Shown here one piece after another: positions 51,420-61,438 of a stretch of 64,000 bases of DNA (position 1 is the stretch's first letter; every line of letters begins with the position of its first letter). Under the pieces are notes generated by a model that saw only the letters and a program-made list of their open reading frames with translations, made no database searches and had not been told where the DNA came from. Both the position numbers and the translations under genes were made by a program. Source of the stretch: Candidatus Wolfebacteria bacterium (GTDB lineage Bacteria > Patescibacteriota > Minisyncoccia > UBA6257 > UBA9933); the NCBI GenBank assembly GCA_024654025.1, contig JANLIR010000002.1, forward strand, positions 168,959 to 232,958. The letters are read 5' to 3'.

Positions 51420-51851
51420 ATTTTTATAGGCGCGGATCATCGGGGGTTTAAAATAAAGGAGGCGTTGAAGCCGTATTTGAAAGAATTGGGGCTTGAAGTT
51501 GTTGATTTAGGAAACGACCATTTTGATGAAAATGATGATTATCCGGATTTTGCTAACGCGGTGGCGGGAAAAGTTTCTAAAAATCCCGAAACCGACAAAG
51601 GAATTTTAATTTGCGGTTCGGGAATCGGAATGAGCATCGCGGCAAATAAATTCGAAAACGTTCGCGCCGCCCAAGCAGATAAAATTGAAGAAGCGATATT
51701 GTCAAGAAAAGATAATGACGCTAATGTTTTGTCTCTTTCGGGGAACTCTCTTTCGGAGCAAGAGATAAAAGAAATAGTGAGGGCTTGGCTTGAAACCCCG
51801 TTTTCTAAAGAAGAAAGGCATGAAAGAAGAATAAAAAAAATAATCCCTTAA
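51414..51851 (+). CDS. rpiB: ribose-5-phosphate isomerase B
   Basis: MTIFIGADHRGF, ILICGSGIGMSIAANK. The ORF track offers an alternative TTG start at 51393. Confidence 0.88.
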   Translation: MTIFIGADHRGFKIKEALKPYLKELGLEVVDLGNDHFDENDDYPDFANAVAGKVSKNPETDKGILICGSGIGMSIAANKFENVRAAQADKIEEAILSRKDNDANVLSLSGNSLSEQEIKEIVRAWLETPFSKEERHERRIKKIIP

Positions 51852-51858
51852 ACTGGGA

Positions 51859-52869
51859 TTATTTTTTTAGTCCGGTTGCTTTTTTTACCTCCTCTAGTTT
51901 TTTGTTCGCAATCGCCTCCGCTTTTTTATTTCCAACTGCCATTAATTTTTCTATTTTCCTGATATTTTTGGAAAGCAGATTTTTCTTTTTCTGAAATACC
52001 ATAAAATAATCGATTATCACGTTTGATAAATCTTTTTTAAATTGGCCGTAAGATTTATTTTCGTATTTTTTTTCAATTTTCTTCATCGGCAAACCGCTCA
52101 AGTTTTTGTAAATTCTGAGCAGATTGGAAATCGCCGGTTTTGATTCGGGCAGGTATTTTATTTCTTTTCCGGAATCGGTCACAGCCCGTTTTATTTTCTC
52201 CGTCATAATCTGCGGCGAGTCGTCTAAAAATAAACATCCTTCGGGCATTGATTTGGACATTTTTTTATTTGGGTTGTCCAAGCTCATTATTTTCGGTGTC
52301 TCGGTTAAAAGCGGTTTTGGTTCAATAAAGACCTTGCCGCCTGCCCGCCCGTCTGGCGGGAATTTTTTATTGAATTTTCGCGCCAATGTTCTCGTTAATT
52401 CCAAGTGCTGGAGTTGGTCTTCGCCAACAGGAACAAATTCGGCGTCGTAAAGCAAAATATCAGAGGCCATTAAAACCGGATAATCAAATAACCCGACATT
52501 TATATTTTCTCGCTGGTGTTCGGATTTATCTTTGAACTGCGTCATTCTTTTTAATTCTCCAAACGGCGTAACGGTGTTTAAAATCCAGGCGGTTTCGCTG
52601 TGAGCCGGTATTTTCGACTGGATAAAGATTGTCGATTTTTCGGCGTTTAGTCCCGCTGAAAGATAATCAAGAACCAAATTCAAAACTTGCCCCGGTTTTT
52701 CTTTCGGGTCGTAACTTTCGGTTATAGAATGAAGGTCGGCAACAAAAAAGTAGCATTTGTATCGGCCTGAATTTTGCAGGTCAACAAAATTTTTTAAAGC
52801 CCCTAAATAATTTCCTATGTGAAGTTTCCCTGTCGGCTGGATTCCTGAAATTAAAATCGGTTTGGACAT
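51859..52869 (-). CDS. trpS: tryptophan--tRNA ligase
   Basis: SGIQPTGKLHIGNYLG (HIGH), KMSKS. Confidence 0.93.
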   Translation of the reverse strand: MSKPILISGIQPTGKLHIGNYLGALKNFVDLQNSGRYKCYFFVADLHSITESYDPKEKPGQVLNLVLDYLSAGLNAEKSTIFIQSKIPAHSETAWILNTVTPFGELKRMTQFKDKSEHQRENINVGLFDYPVLMASDILLYDAEFVPVGEDQLQHLELTRTLARKFNKKFPPDGRAGGKVFIEPKPLLTETPKIMSLDNPNKKMSKSMPEGCLFLDDSPQIMTEKIKRAVTDSGKEIKYLPESKPAISNLLRIYKNLSGLPMKKIEKKYENKSYGQFKKDLSNVIIDYFMVFQKKKNLLSKNIRKIEKLMAVGNKKAEAIANKKLEEVKKATGLKK

Positions 52870-52873
52870 AAGT

Positions 52874-54706
52874 TTAAACCTCTATTACTACAGGCAGCAC
52901 CATCGGCCGCCTTTTTGTTTTATTATACAAAAATTGGCCGATTTGATCACGTATCAATGATTTTAAATAATCCGACTCAATTGCTTGGCGTTTTGGCATT
53001 CTGGTAACGATGCCTTTTATTTTATTTCTAAGTTCTTCTATCAGTTCTTTATTTTCATTGAGATAAATAAATCCTCGCGATATAATGTCCGGATTTTTCA
53101 AAAACCTCCCGCTTTTTCGGTCCAATGTGGCGATAATCACAACCATGCCTTCTTGGGCCAGAAGCCGCCGGTCGCGCATAACTATTTCTCCGACATCGCC
53201 GACACCTAATCCGTCAACCATTATGTAAAATGCCGGCACGGCTTCCTCTGTTGCTTTTGCGTGGTTTTTTGTAAATTTCACGATTTGGCCGTTGTCCACG
53301 AGCAGAGTGTTTTCTTTTGGCAAGCCGACTTCCTGCGCCAACTCAGCATTGATGGATCGCATAAAATAATTGCCATGGATCGGCAAATAATAATTCGGTT
53401 TTACCAGTTTGATGATTTGTTTTAATTCATCGCCGGTTGCGTGTCCCGAAGCATGGAGGTCTACAATTTTCGAATGGTAAACTTTGGCGCCTTGCCTGGT
53501 TAAATTATCTTTAAGCGATTGGACTTGTCGCTCGTTTCCCGGAATAACCGAAGAAGAAAAAATAACCGTGTCTCCAGGCTTAATTTGCAATTGACGGTGC
53601 TCTCCCGTAACAACTTTCATTAAGCTGGCGCTTGGTTCTCCTTGGGCGCCGGTGGATAATACCAAAATTTTATCGTCTTTATATTTATGCAATTCATCCA
53701 AGGAGAGAAGAGTCCCTTTTTTAATTTTTATATATCCAAGATTTTGGGATATCTGAATATTTGTTTTCATTGATAGGCCGGAAATAAAAACTTTACGGTC
53801 GTATTTCTCGGCTATTTTTATTATTTCAGCTAAGCGGGTGAGCATTGACGCGAATGTCCCGATAATTAACCGTCCTTTTGTTTTTTTAAAAATATCTTCT
53901 ATATTTTTTTCCACCAATTTTTCAGACGCTGATAATCCCGGCACTTCGGCGTTGGTGCTTTCTAAAAATAAAGTGTGGATTCCTTTTTGGGAAACCCATT
54001 TAAACTCATCAAGTCCAAGGGTATTTCCTTTTTCGTCGTAATCAAATTTAACGTCCGTGCAGTAAACAAAATTTCCAACAGGGGTTTTTATTAAGGCGCT
54101 TACGATGTCGGGAATGCTATGGATAATCCCGAAAAATTCTATTTCAATATTGTCGGATATTTTAATTATGTCGTGGTTTTTAATTACTTCAAAATAAAGC
54201 TTCGGCGAATTAGAAAAATCTTCCTGGCGTTTTAAAATTATCGCTTTTGTCAGAGCGGTCGTGTAAATAACGGGGTTGCCTAATTTTTCCATTATGTAAG
54301 GGATAGCGCCGATATGGTCATAGTGGGCATGAGTGATTATGAGAGCTTTAATTTTACGTTTATTGATTTCCAGATATTCCACGTTTGGGATTATATAATC
54401 AATGCCAGGCGTGTCTTCTTCCGGAAACTGCAGTCCCGCGTCAATAATAACAATCTCATTTTTATATTCAAAAAAGCTCATATTGCGGCCGATTTCTTCA
54501 AGACCGCCGAGCGCGGCAAATCGCACCGTATTTTCCTTTTCCGCCTCATCCTCTTTTTTATTGGGCATCTCGATAAAGTCTTCCGGGTCGTCAACAATTT
54601 TACGTTTCATGGGTTGAAACCTTTGTTTTATTGTTCCGCGGCTGTTTTCCTGCCTGTTTAGCGGAGTTCTTATATCGGATGGTTTGTTTGTTCTTTTTCT
54701 GATCAT
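52874..54706 (-). CDS. rnj: ribonuclease J
   Basis: MBL motif ITHAHYDHIG, beta-CASP, LHASGHA. The N-terminal basic extension makes the exact start uncertain. Confidence 0.92.
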   Translation of the reverse strand: MIRKRTNKPSDIRTPLNRQENSRGTIKQRFQPMKRKIVDDPEDFIEMPNKKEDEAEKENTVRFAALGGLEEIGRNMSFFEYKNEIVIIDAGLQFPEEDTPGIDYIIPNVEYLEINKRKIKALIITHAHYDHIGAIPYIMEKLGNPVIYTTALTKAIILKRQEDFSNSPKLYFEVIKNHDIIKISDNIEIEFFGIIHSIPDIVSALIKTPVGNFVYCTDVKFDYDEKGNTLGLDEFKWVSQKGIHTLFLESTNAEVPGLSASEKLVEKNIEDIFKKTKGRLIIGTFASMLTRLAEIIKIAEKYDRKVFISGLSMKTNIQISQNLGYIKIKKGTLLSLDELHKYKDDKILVLSTGAQGEPSASLMKVVTGEHRQLQIKPGDTVIFSSSVIPGNERQVQSLKDNLTRQGAKVYHSKIVDLHASGHATGDELKQIIKLVKPNYYLPIHGNYFMRSINAELAQEVGLPKENTLLVDNGQIVKFTKNHAKATEEAVPAFYIMVDGLGVGDVGEIVMRDRRLLAQEGMVVIIATLDRKSGRFLKNPDIISRGFIYLNENKELIEELRNKIKGIVTRMPKRQAIESDYLKSLIRDQIGQFLYNKTKRRPMVLPVVIEV

Positions 54707-54787
54707 TTTGTTATTACAACTTCGATTATTTTTTGGGTTAATTCTCGAAATTGATGATTAATTAATATTTTTTTACTTTCATTTATG

Positions 54788-54871
54788 TGGGCGAGAGAGG
54801 ATTTGAACCTCCACAACCTTACGGTTACATGGCCCTGAACCATGCGCGTCTGCCGATTCCGCCACTCGCCC
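54788..54871 (-). tRNA. tRNA-Leu(CAG)
   Basis: GGGCGAG TG GCGG..., anticodon arm CATGG TTCAGGG CCATG, long V arm, GGAGG TTCAAAT CCTCT CTCGCCC A. Confidence 0.9.
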
Positions 54872-54949
54872 AAATTTACAAAAGGTGCGGGGTGAACCGT
54901 ATGCGGTTGCCAGTTTCACTACCTGCCTTTTTGTTGTTTGCTGGTGGCG

Positions 54950-55876
54950 CTATCTAAATAAGTTTTTTGGGTTAAAAAACTGAATATGTTTCTCCGGATA
55001 TCTTAAAAATTCAAATTTTTTTGGGTTTTTTATAAAAGCTTGATACAACGGCGTTTTGAAAATCTTTTTTGGCTTAACGATTTTAAAGTTAATCTGGTTT
55101 TTATAATTAGGATTTTTTTCTAATAGGAACGATGCTGATTTATGCGGATTTAACTGATTTATACGGATATTTTTCTTAATTTTTTTGTTATTGGTTATAA
55201 GTTGTCGGTTATTAGTTATATAGTAGGCGGCTCCGCGGTGTTTTTTAAAAAAACTATAATCCGATTTAAAATTTGTCGCCTGGATATTGGATAATACCAG
55301 CGGCTCGCTCCCAATATTTATGCTGACATGGCCGAATCCCGGAGGCACAATAACCTTTTCTCCTGTCCCGGCTTTTATTAAATAAATTCTAGCGTTTTTT
55401 CCAAAATGACCTACAGAATGATTTATTTGAGGACTTATTTCTTGAAAAAGAAAAAGCGCTTTTCCTTTTATAACTTCGTATATTTCCGGGTAGGTTGTTT
55501 TTGTTTGCGGTTTATTCGGGTGAGCGTGGCCGATTGTTTTTACGAATTCTTCGCCTAAAAATCCAGGATTGATAACGGTTATGTCGTAGGTCGCGTTGTT
55601 CTTTTTAAAAACCAAACCATCCTTTTTTAATTTGACGCTTCGATACATCAAATAAAGGTTTTTTATTTTGGTTTTGCTAGCGGGATCTTTTAAAAACCTT
55701 TTTGCTTCGCCCAAAGTCCTTTTTTGGACGGGCAATGAGGAGGCGTCTTTTGACAATAACAACTTACCATCTTTTATTGATATTGGCAAGCCCCGTAACT
55801 TAAAAACACCGGTCTTTTTATGACGCGCATTTGAGAGCTTAATATTATTTTTGAAATTGAGTTTACTTTTTGCCAT
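54950..55876 (-). CDS. cupin-type glucose-6-phosphate isomerase-like protein
   Basis: TIGHAHPNKPQTKTTYPEIYEV (TxGHxH...ExY) and VPPGFGHVSIN (PPxxxHxxxN), as in archaeal cupin PGIs. Confidence 0.65.
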   Translation of the reverse strand: MAKSKLNFKNNIKLSNARHKKTGVFKLRGLPISIKDGKLLLSKDASSLPVQKRTLGEAKRFLKDPASKTKIKNLYLMYRSVKLKKDGLVFKKNNATYDITVINPGFLGEEFVKTIGHAHPNKPQTKTTYPEIYEVIKGKALFLFQEISPQINHSVGHFGKNARIYLIKAGTGEKVIVPPGFGHVSINIGSEPLVLSNIQATNFKSDYSFFKKHRGAAYYITNNRQLITNNKKIKKNIRINQLNPHKSASFLLEKNPNYKNQINFKIVKPKKIFKTPLYQAFIKNPKKFEFLRYPEKHIQFFNPKNLFR

Positions 55877-56002
55877 ATATAGTAATATTTAAAAAGCAGC
55901 TATGCGCGTTTTGTGTTTTTAAGTTACGGGGCAAGCCGCTCGCCGCGGATAAATTTTCAATTTTTAATTTTACAACTTTCATTGAATTTTTAATTGGGAA
56001 AT

Positions 56003-57661
56003 TTATTTAAACACTCTTTCTGTTTTGACATACCAGTCTTTGATATTTTCTAATCGGCTGCTTGGTAAGGGGAGTATTTTTTCTTCAAATCCGTTTAAGG
56101 ATTTGCTTTGGATATAAATGTAAGGAGGTGAGAAAAGGAAAATAACCGGCTGGTCATTTTTTATCAGCGACTGCGCTTGCAGCATTTTTTCTCTCCGAGC
56201 GTCGGCGTTAAAGTCGGCTCTTATGGAATTAATCAGAAAATCGACGTCTTTATTTTCATAAAGCGACAAATTAAGGCCGGGATGGAATTTTTGGCTTGAA
56301 TGCCAAAAAGAAAATAAATCAGGATTTTTGCCGTAGATGTTTCCGAATAAAATCATTTCGTAGTCTCTTGGCTTTATAATATCGGGGAAAATTTCGTCAC
56401 TCGGCTTTATATCAAGATTTATTTTCACCCCAATTTTTTGCCAATCCTCCTGAATTATTTTCGCGGAGTCGGTTAAAAAGGGGATTTCTGGGGTAGTCAG
56501 CGAAAATTCAAGACGGGCGTTTTTCTCGCTGTTTTGCCTTATGCCGTCGGATGAAACTTGCCATCCACTTGCCTCCAATAAGTTTTTTGCTCTATCGGGC
56601 GAAAACTCGTTTTGTTGTTTGAAAAAATTTTCGCTGTAACCGCTAATTCCCGGCACGAGCGGTCCGATTAAAGGAATAGCCATTCCTTTAAAAACATCTT
56701 TTATGATTCTCTCCCGGTCAGTCGCTAAATCGAGGGCTTTGCGCACGTTTATGTCGCTCAAAATAGGATTAACGCTTTGGTTGAAAAAAATTCCGTAATA
56801 ACGGGGCATGTTTATAGCCTCAATTTTATGGGGAATAGTTATCTTGTCCAAATTGTTGTAGGAAACGGCTCCGAGGCCGCTGATTAAACCGCCGTTAAAA
56901 GCGTTAAGCGCGTCTTTTTCGCTGGTATAAAATTTAAAAGTGAATTTATTTAAATACGGTTTTTGGTTGAAATAAGTTTCATTTCTCACGAGTTCATAAT
57001 CAGTGATAAATCCATCCCGCCGTTTTTTTAAATCGGAAAATTTAAAAGGGCCGCTGCCCACAGGAGCGATTAAATTGTAATCGGAGAGGCGGATATTGGA
57101 AAACGGGATGTCGCCAAAAATGTGTTTGGGTATTGGCCGGAGATTTATTAATGTGTTTTCAAAAAAGACATAAGGCGCGCTTAAAATTAATTTTATTTCT
57201 CTGGAACTGACCCTTTCTGTTTTTACTCCCTGCCAGTCGGGAAATAATGAGGAATTGGCGTCCTGGTCCTGAATGGCTTTGATTGTAAAAATAATGTCGT
57301 CGGAGGTTATGGGACTGCCATCTTGCCAATTAATATCGCCTTTTATTCTTAATTTCCAAACCTTGCCGTTGTTCTCAATGCCTATATCGCCATCTTTTAA
57401 ATCGTTGATACTCGCGAAGGTTAGCTCAATAATATCCGAATCAACCTCGTTTGCGGCAATAACCGGATTTATAAAAACCGGCTGGCCGACCTTGCCTTCG
57501 GTGTATCCGCCGCCCGCCACCGGTCGAAGAACCGTGGCGGCTCTTACGAAATTAGCGCTTAAATAAATTCCCGCGATTACAAAAAGCGCCAATGAGCTAA
57601 AAAAGGCCATGCGTTCTTTTTTTGAAAAAGCGTTTAAGATTTGGCGGATTTTAAAATTCAA
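56003..57661 (-). CDS. ABC transporter substrate-binding protein, family 5 (peptide/nickel type)
   Basis: N-terminal anchor. Overall SBP_bac_5 pattern (WQDGSPITSDDIIFT, GSGPFKF..., PVIFLFSP). Confidence 0.8.
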   Translation of the reverse strand: MNFKIRQILNAFSKKERMAFFSSLALFVIAGIYLSANFVRAATVLRPVAGGGYTEGKVGQPVFINPVIAANEVDSDIIELTFASINDLKDGDIGIENNGKVWKLRIKGDINWQDGSPITSDDIIFTIKAIQDQDANSSLFPDWQGVKTERVSSREIKLILSAPYVFFENTLINLRPIPKHIFGDIPFSNIRLSDYNLIAPVGSGPFKFSDLKKRRDGFITDYELVRNETYFNQKPYLNKFTFKFYTSEKDALNAFNGGLISGLGAVSYNNLDKITIPHKIEAINMPRYYGIFFNQSVNPILSDINVRKALDLATDRERIIKDVFKGMAIPLIGPLVPGISGYSENFFKQQNEFSPDRAKNLLEASGWQVSSDGIRQNSEKNARLEFSLTTPEIPFLTDSAKIIQEDWQKIGVKINLDIKPSDEIFPDIIKPRDYEMILFGNIYGKNPDLFSFWHSSQKFHPGLNLSLYENKDVDFLINSIRADFNADARREKMLQAQSLIKNDQPVIFLFSPPYIYIQSKSLNGFEEKILPLPSSRLENIKDWYVKTERVFK

Positions 57662-57664
57662 GGT

Positions 57665-57874
57665 TTAAAATAAGTTGATTAAAGACAAGGCGGCGAAAAT
57701 AACCGTTAAAACTACGGTGGCTATAAAAATTATTTTTTCGAATCCCCGTCGGGTTTGGTAATAAGAGCTTTCGCTTCCCCCAAAAACTCCCGAAAGGCCA
57801 GAAGATCTTTCCTGAAGTAAAATCAAAATAATCAATATTATCGAAATTATTATTTGAGCAATGGAAAACAACAT
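57665..57874 (-). CDS. secG: preprotein translocase subunit SecG
   Basis: IILIILILLQERSSGLSGVFGG. Two TM helices, 69 aa. Confidence 0.85.
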   Translation of the reverse strand: MLFSIAQIIISIILIILILLQERSSGLSGVFGGSESSYYQTRRGFEKIIFIATVVLTVIFAALSLINLF

Positions 57875-57883
57875 GATTTAATT

Positions 57884-58014
57884 ACAAATCCTAAATTCTA
57901 AGCACTAAACTCTAAACAAATTCAAATCACCAAAATCCAAAATTCAAAACGTTTAGAATTTAAAACATTTGAATTTTGATATTGTTTAGGATTTAGATAT
58001 TAGGATTTAGAGTT
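57884..58014. repeat. AT-rich imperfect long palindrome built from heptads
   Basis: Left arm AATCCTA AATTCTA AGCACTA AACTCTA... Centre AAAACGTTT near 57950. Right arm ...TTTAGGATTTAGATATTAGGATTTAGAG. Confidence 0.5.
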
Positions 58015-58380
58015 TTATTCCTTGTAAAGCCGTTTTGCGGAAAAATGAACTAAAAGATTGATAACGCTTATTAGTATCGTAGCATAAAGAAGCGGCGTTA
58101 GTCCAGATATTGTAATGTCAGTTGAAAAATAGTCAAGGATGTAGAGAGTAAGCGTGTTAACAATAATAATCCCCAATCCAAGAGTTATAAAGATTATCGG
58201 CGTAAAAATCAATTTTAAAATCGGTCTGATAAACATATTTATCAAAGTGAATATCAGTGTCGCGCTGGCAAGTCCATAAAGGCTGGCGCTGATACTGAAT
58301 CCGGAAATAAAATATTTAGCCGCCAAAAGCGCCAACACATTGGAAAAAAAGGAAAATATAAATTTTGAGATAATCCGCAT
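58015..58380 (-). CDS. 4-TM membrane protein (phage holin 4 / DUF360-like)
   Basis: FIRPILKLIFTPIIFITLGL. Four TM helices, 121 aa. Confidence 0.55.
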   Translation of the reverse strand: MRIISKFIFSFFSNVLALLAAKYFISGFSISASLYGLASATLIFTLINMFIRPILKLIFTPIIFITLGLGIIIVNTLTLYILDYFSTDITISGLTPLLYATILISVINLLVHFSAKRLYKE

Positions 58381-58508
58381 TTTATTATTTTATCACATTA
58401 TCCCGGGTGTGGAAAAACCATATTTTGAATGGCGGGGGTTTATGCTATAATTATTTAAAGTGAAAAAGGTCGAAATTCTTAGTTAAAATGAATAACGATT
58501 AAATTTTT

Positions 58509-59192
58509 ATGTGGATTCAGAGTTTGACCGAAGCGACTGTGAGCTCGCTCAGAACTTCTTGGGGTCAGGTTTATAATTTTGTGCCGGCTTTAATAGGCGC
58601 GCTTGTGATATTGGTAATTGGCTTAATCGTCGCGGCTGTTTTGGGTTCTCTAGTCGAAAGGCTTTTCAGGTCCATTAAACTCGACGAATTGCTTAGAAAG
58701 CTTGGCCTAGCAACTTATGTAGAAAGAGCCGGCCTTCGAATGGATTCCGGAAAGTTCTTCGGCGAGATTGTTTATTGGTTCTTTGTAATTGTTGTTGTTT
58801 TGGCGATTTCCAATATTTTGGGGCTCCAAGTATTTTCAGCTTTCTTAACTCAGGTCCTTTTGTATTTGCCTAACATCGTTGTCGCTGCTTTGATTATGTT
58901 GGCCACTTTAGCTGTAGCCAAGTTTTTAAAGGCAGCTGTAAAGGCGTCGGCTCTTAGCGCCAGATTTCATGCGGCGAAATTCTTGGGAACCTTTGTTTGG
59001 TGGGTTGTCGCGATTTTCGGTTTTGTCACCGCTTTGTCCCAATTGGGAATAAACATCTTTATTTTCCAGGTTTTGATTTATGGTTTTGTCGCCATGTTTG
59101 CAATTGCCGGCGGCGTTGCTTTTGGCTTGGGAGGCAAAGATTACGCTTCGCACCTTGTCGATAGATTTAAGCAAGAAACAGAAGGAAGATAA
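58509..59192 (+). CDS. membrane protein with repeated TM-helix motif (mechanosensitive-channel-like N-terminal repeats)
   Basis: Repeated pattern LIGALVILVIGLIVA...LG... This is a weak family call. Confidence 0.4.
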   Translation: MWIQSLTEATVSSLRTSWGQVYNFVPALIGALVILVIGLIVAAVLGSLVERLFRSIKLDELLRKLGLATYVERAGLRMDSGKFFGEIVYWFFVIVVVLAISNILGLQVFSAFLTQVLLYLPNIVVAALIMLATLAVAKFLKAAVKASALSARFHAAKFLGTFVWWVVAIFGFVTALSQLGINIFIFQVLIYGFVAMFAIAGGVAFGLGGKDYASHLVDRFKQETEGR

Positions 59193-59193
59193 A

Positions 59194-59228
59194 TATTGGC
59201 GATTAGTGATTAGCCACTAGTAGGGATA
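59194..59228. repeat. 5 x 7-nt heptad array
   Basis: TATTGGC GATTAGT GATTAGC CACTAGT AGGGATA. Confidence 0.6.
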
Positions 59229-59235
59229 AAATAAC

Positions 59236-59261
59236 AAAAGGCGCCTGTTCGGCGCCTTTTT
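59236..59261 (+). terminator. rho-independent terminator
   Basis: aaaaGGCGCC tgttc GGCGCCttttt. Confidence 0.8.
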
Positions 59262-59312
59262 AGTTTGAGGTGAATAATTGAATTTAGTTTCAGTAGTGTT
59301 AAAATAACGAGG

Positions 59313-61427
59313 ATGGCTAATAAAAAAAATAAGAAGAATAAAAAAAACGCAAAATCTTTATCAAACGAGGAGTCGGAAAACGGAGAAAAACAATTTAGGC
59401 TTCACCCGGATACTAAAAAAAGCGTGTTTGCCATAGGTTTTTTGGCATTAGCGCTTATTTTAATTTTAGCGAGATTCGGAAACGCCGGCCCGGTCGGCGA
59501 TTACGCGTATAATTTTTTTAACTGGCTTTTTGGCGTGGGTTATTTTCTTCTGCCGCTCATTTTTATAATAATGGCAGTTGTTTTTTTGACTTCAGAAAGG
59601 AGAAGAATTTTCGGAGTTACTTTTGTTGGCGCTATTGTTTTTGTTTTGTCGAGTTTGGGGCTGATAGATATTTTTTATTCCGATAAAGCCGGAATTTTTG
59701 GCTGGGTAGTCGGCTCTATTGAGTCGTTGTTTGGCCGGGTTGCTTCGATAATTGTTGTTATCGCGATGATAGTCGCGTCATTTTTAATAACTTTGAATTT
59801 GCCTATAAAGATAAGAAGAAAGCCCAAAGAGTCTATTTTAGAATCAGAAGTTAGCTGGCAAGAGGAAAACGGGGAAACTAAACGGCCAGATGAAAAAAGA
59901 GAAGAAGATATTCAAGGGGAAGAAACAGAAGAAATAGAACCGAAAGTGGAAGTAAAAGAAAGGTTTACTTTGCCTTTTTCTAGGCCTGCCAAAATCCAAA
60001 CCAGCCGGGCGCCCGCTAATTACGTTTTCCCGCCCCTGGATTTATTAAAGTCTTCTGTTGAAAAACCAACCCCCGGCGATCTTCGCGCTAACGCAAATAT
60101 TATTAAAAGAACTTTGGACAGCTTTGGCATTCCGGTGGAAATGGGGGAAATAAATGTCGGCCCCAAGGTAACGCGTTACACGTTAAAGCCTGCCGAAGGC
60201 GTGAAGCTTGCCCGGATAACCGCTTTGTCTTCCGATTTGTCTATGGCTTTAGCCGCGCATCCTATAAGAATAGAAGCGCCGATCCCTGGAAAATCATTGG
60301 TTGGCATTGAGGTTCCCAATAAAGCCGCTTCAATTGTCCGATTGGGGAGTTTGATGGCGTATCCGGAGTTTTCCGCAGCCGGGTCTCTGGGTTTCGCGCT
60401 CGGCCGAGACGTCACTGGCGAGCCGATTTTTGCCAGCCTAGAAAAAATGCCTCATATGCTTGTTGCCGGTTCAACCGGAAGCGGCAAAAGCGTTTCCATT
60501 CACTCGCTTTTAATATCCCTTTTATACAAAAATTCTCCTGATAATCTAAAAATGATTTTAATCGACCCCAAACGTGTTGAACTCACGGCTTATTCGGGAA
60601 TTCCGCATTTGATAGCTCCCGTGGTGACCGAATCTAAAAAATCTTTAGGTGTTTTCAAATGGGCGCTCAGAGAAATGGATGGCCGCTATGAAATACTGGA
60701 AAGCGCCGGTTCGCGCGATATTAAAAGTTATAATAAAAAAAATCCAGATAGCCCTCTGCCTTTCATTATTATAGTAATTGACGAGTTAGCCGATTTAATG
60801 AGCACATACGGACGGGAAGTTGAAGGCTCTGTTGTCCGGTTGGCGCAAATGGCGAGAGCCACGGGTATTCATTTAATTCTAGCTACCCAGAGGCCGTCAG
60901 TAGAAGTTATTACCGGACTCATAAAAGCTAATATTACGACTCGAGTCGCTTTGCAAGTTGCCAGCCAAATAGATTCCAGGACGATTTTGGACAGTTCCGG
61001 CGCTGAAAAGCTTTTAGGCGGCGGCGACATGCTTTATATTACCAGCGATCTTTCCAAGCCAAGAAGAATTCAAGGCGCCTATGTTTCCGAGGAAGAAATA
61101 AATAAAGTTACTCAGTTTATAAGAGAAAACAACGGCGATTATGTTTATGAAAACGCGCCTACTTTTGAGAATGGTTTGCCGTCAGGCGCGATGACGGCTG
61201 ATAGTTTATTTGATGGATTTGAAAACGACAACGACGATGAATTGCTTGAGGAAGCGATAGCCGTTGTAACGGAGGCTCAAAAAGCGTCAGCGTCCTTACT
61301 TCAAAGACGTTTGAAAGTAGGTTATGCTAGAGCTGCCCGGCTTTTGGATATAATGGAAGCTAAAGGCATTATCGGCCCGGGCGATGGAGCAAAACCTCGG
61401 GAAGTTTATGTAAAAAGAGAAATTTAA
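59313..61427 (+). CDS. ftsK: DNA translocase FtsK
   Basis: N-terminal TM helices, Walker A GSTGSGKS, IVIDELADLM, C-terminal gamma domain (LLQRRLKVGYARAARLLD). Confidence 0.93.
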   Translation: MANKKNKKNKKNAKSLSNEESENGEKQFRLHPDTKKSVFAIGFLALALILILARFGNAGPVGDYAYNFFNWLFGVGYFLLPLIFIIMAVVFLTSERRRIFGVTFVGAIVFVLSSLGLIDIFYSDKAGIFGWVVGSIESLFGRVASIIVVIAMIVASFLITLNLPIKIRRKPKESILESEVSWQEENGETKRPDEKREEDIQGEETEEIEPKVEVKERFTLPFSRPAKIQTSRAPANYVFPPLDLLKSSVEKPTPGDLRANANIIKRTLDSFGIPVEMGEINVGPKVTRYTLKPAEGVKLARITALSSDLSMALAAHPIRIEAPIPGKSLVGIEVPNKAASIVRLGSLMAYPEFSAAGSLGFALGRDVTGEPIFASLEKMPHMLVAGSTGSGKSVSIHSLLISLLYKNSPDNLKMILIDPKRVELTAYSGIPHLIAPVVTESKKSLGVFKWALREMDGRYEILESAGSRDIKSYNKKNPDSPLPFIIIVIDELADLMSTYGREVEGSVVRLAQMARATGIHLILATQRPSVEVITGLIKANITTRVALQVASQIDSRTILDSSGAEKLLGGGDMLYITSDLSKPRRIQGAYVSEEEINKVTQFIRENNGDYVYENAPTFENGLPSGAMTADSLFDGFENDNDDELLEEAIAVVTEAQKASASLLQRRLKVGYARAARLLDIMEAKGIIGPGDGAKPREVYVKREI

Positions 61428-61438
61428 TTACGTTTGAA

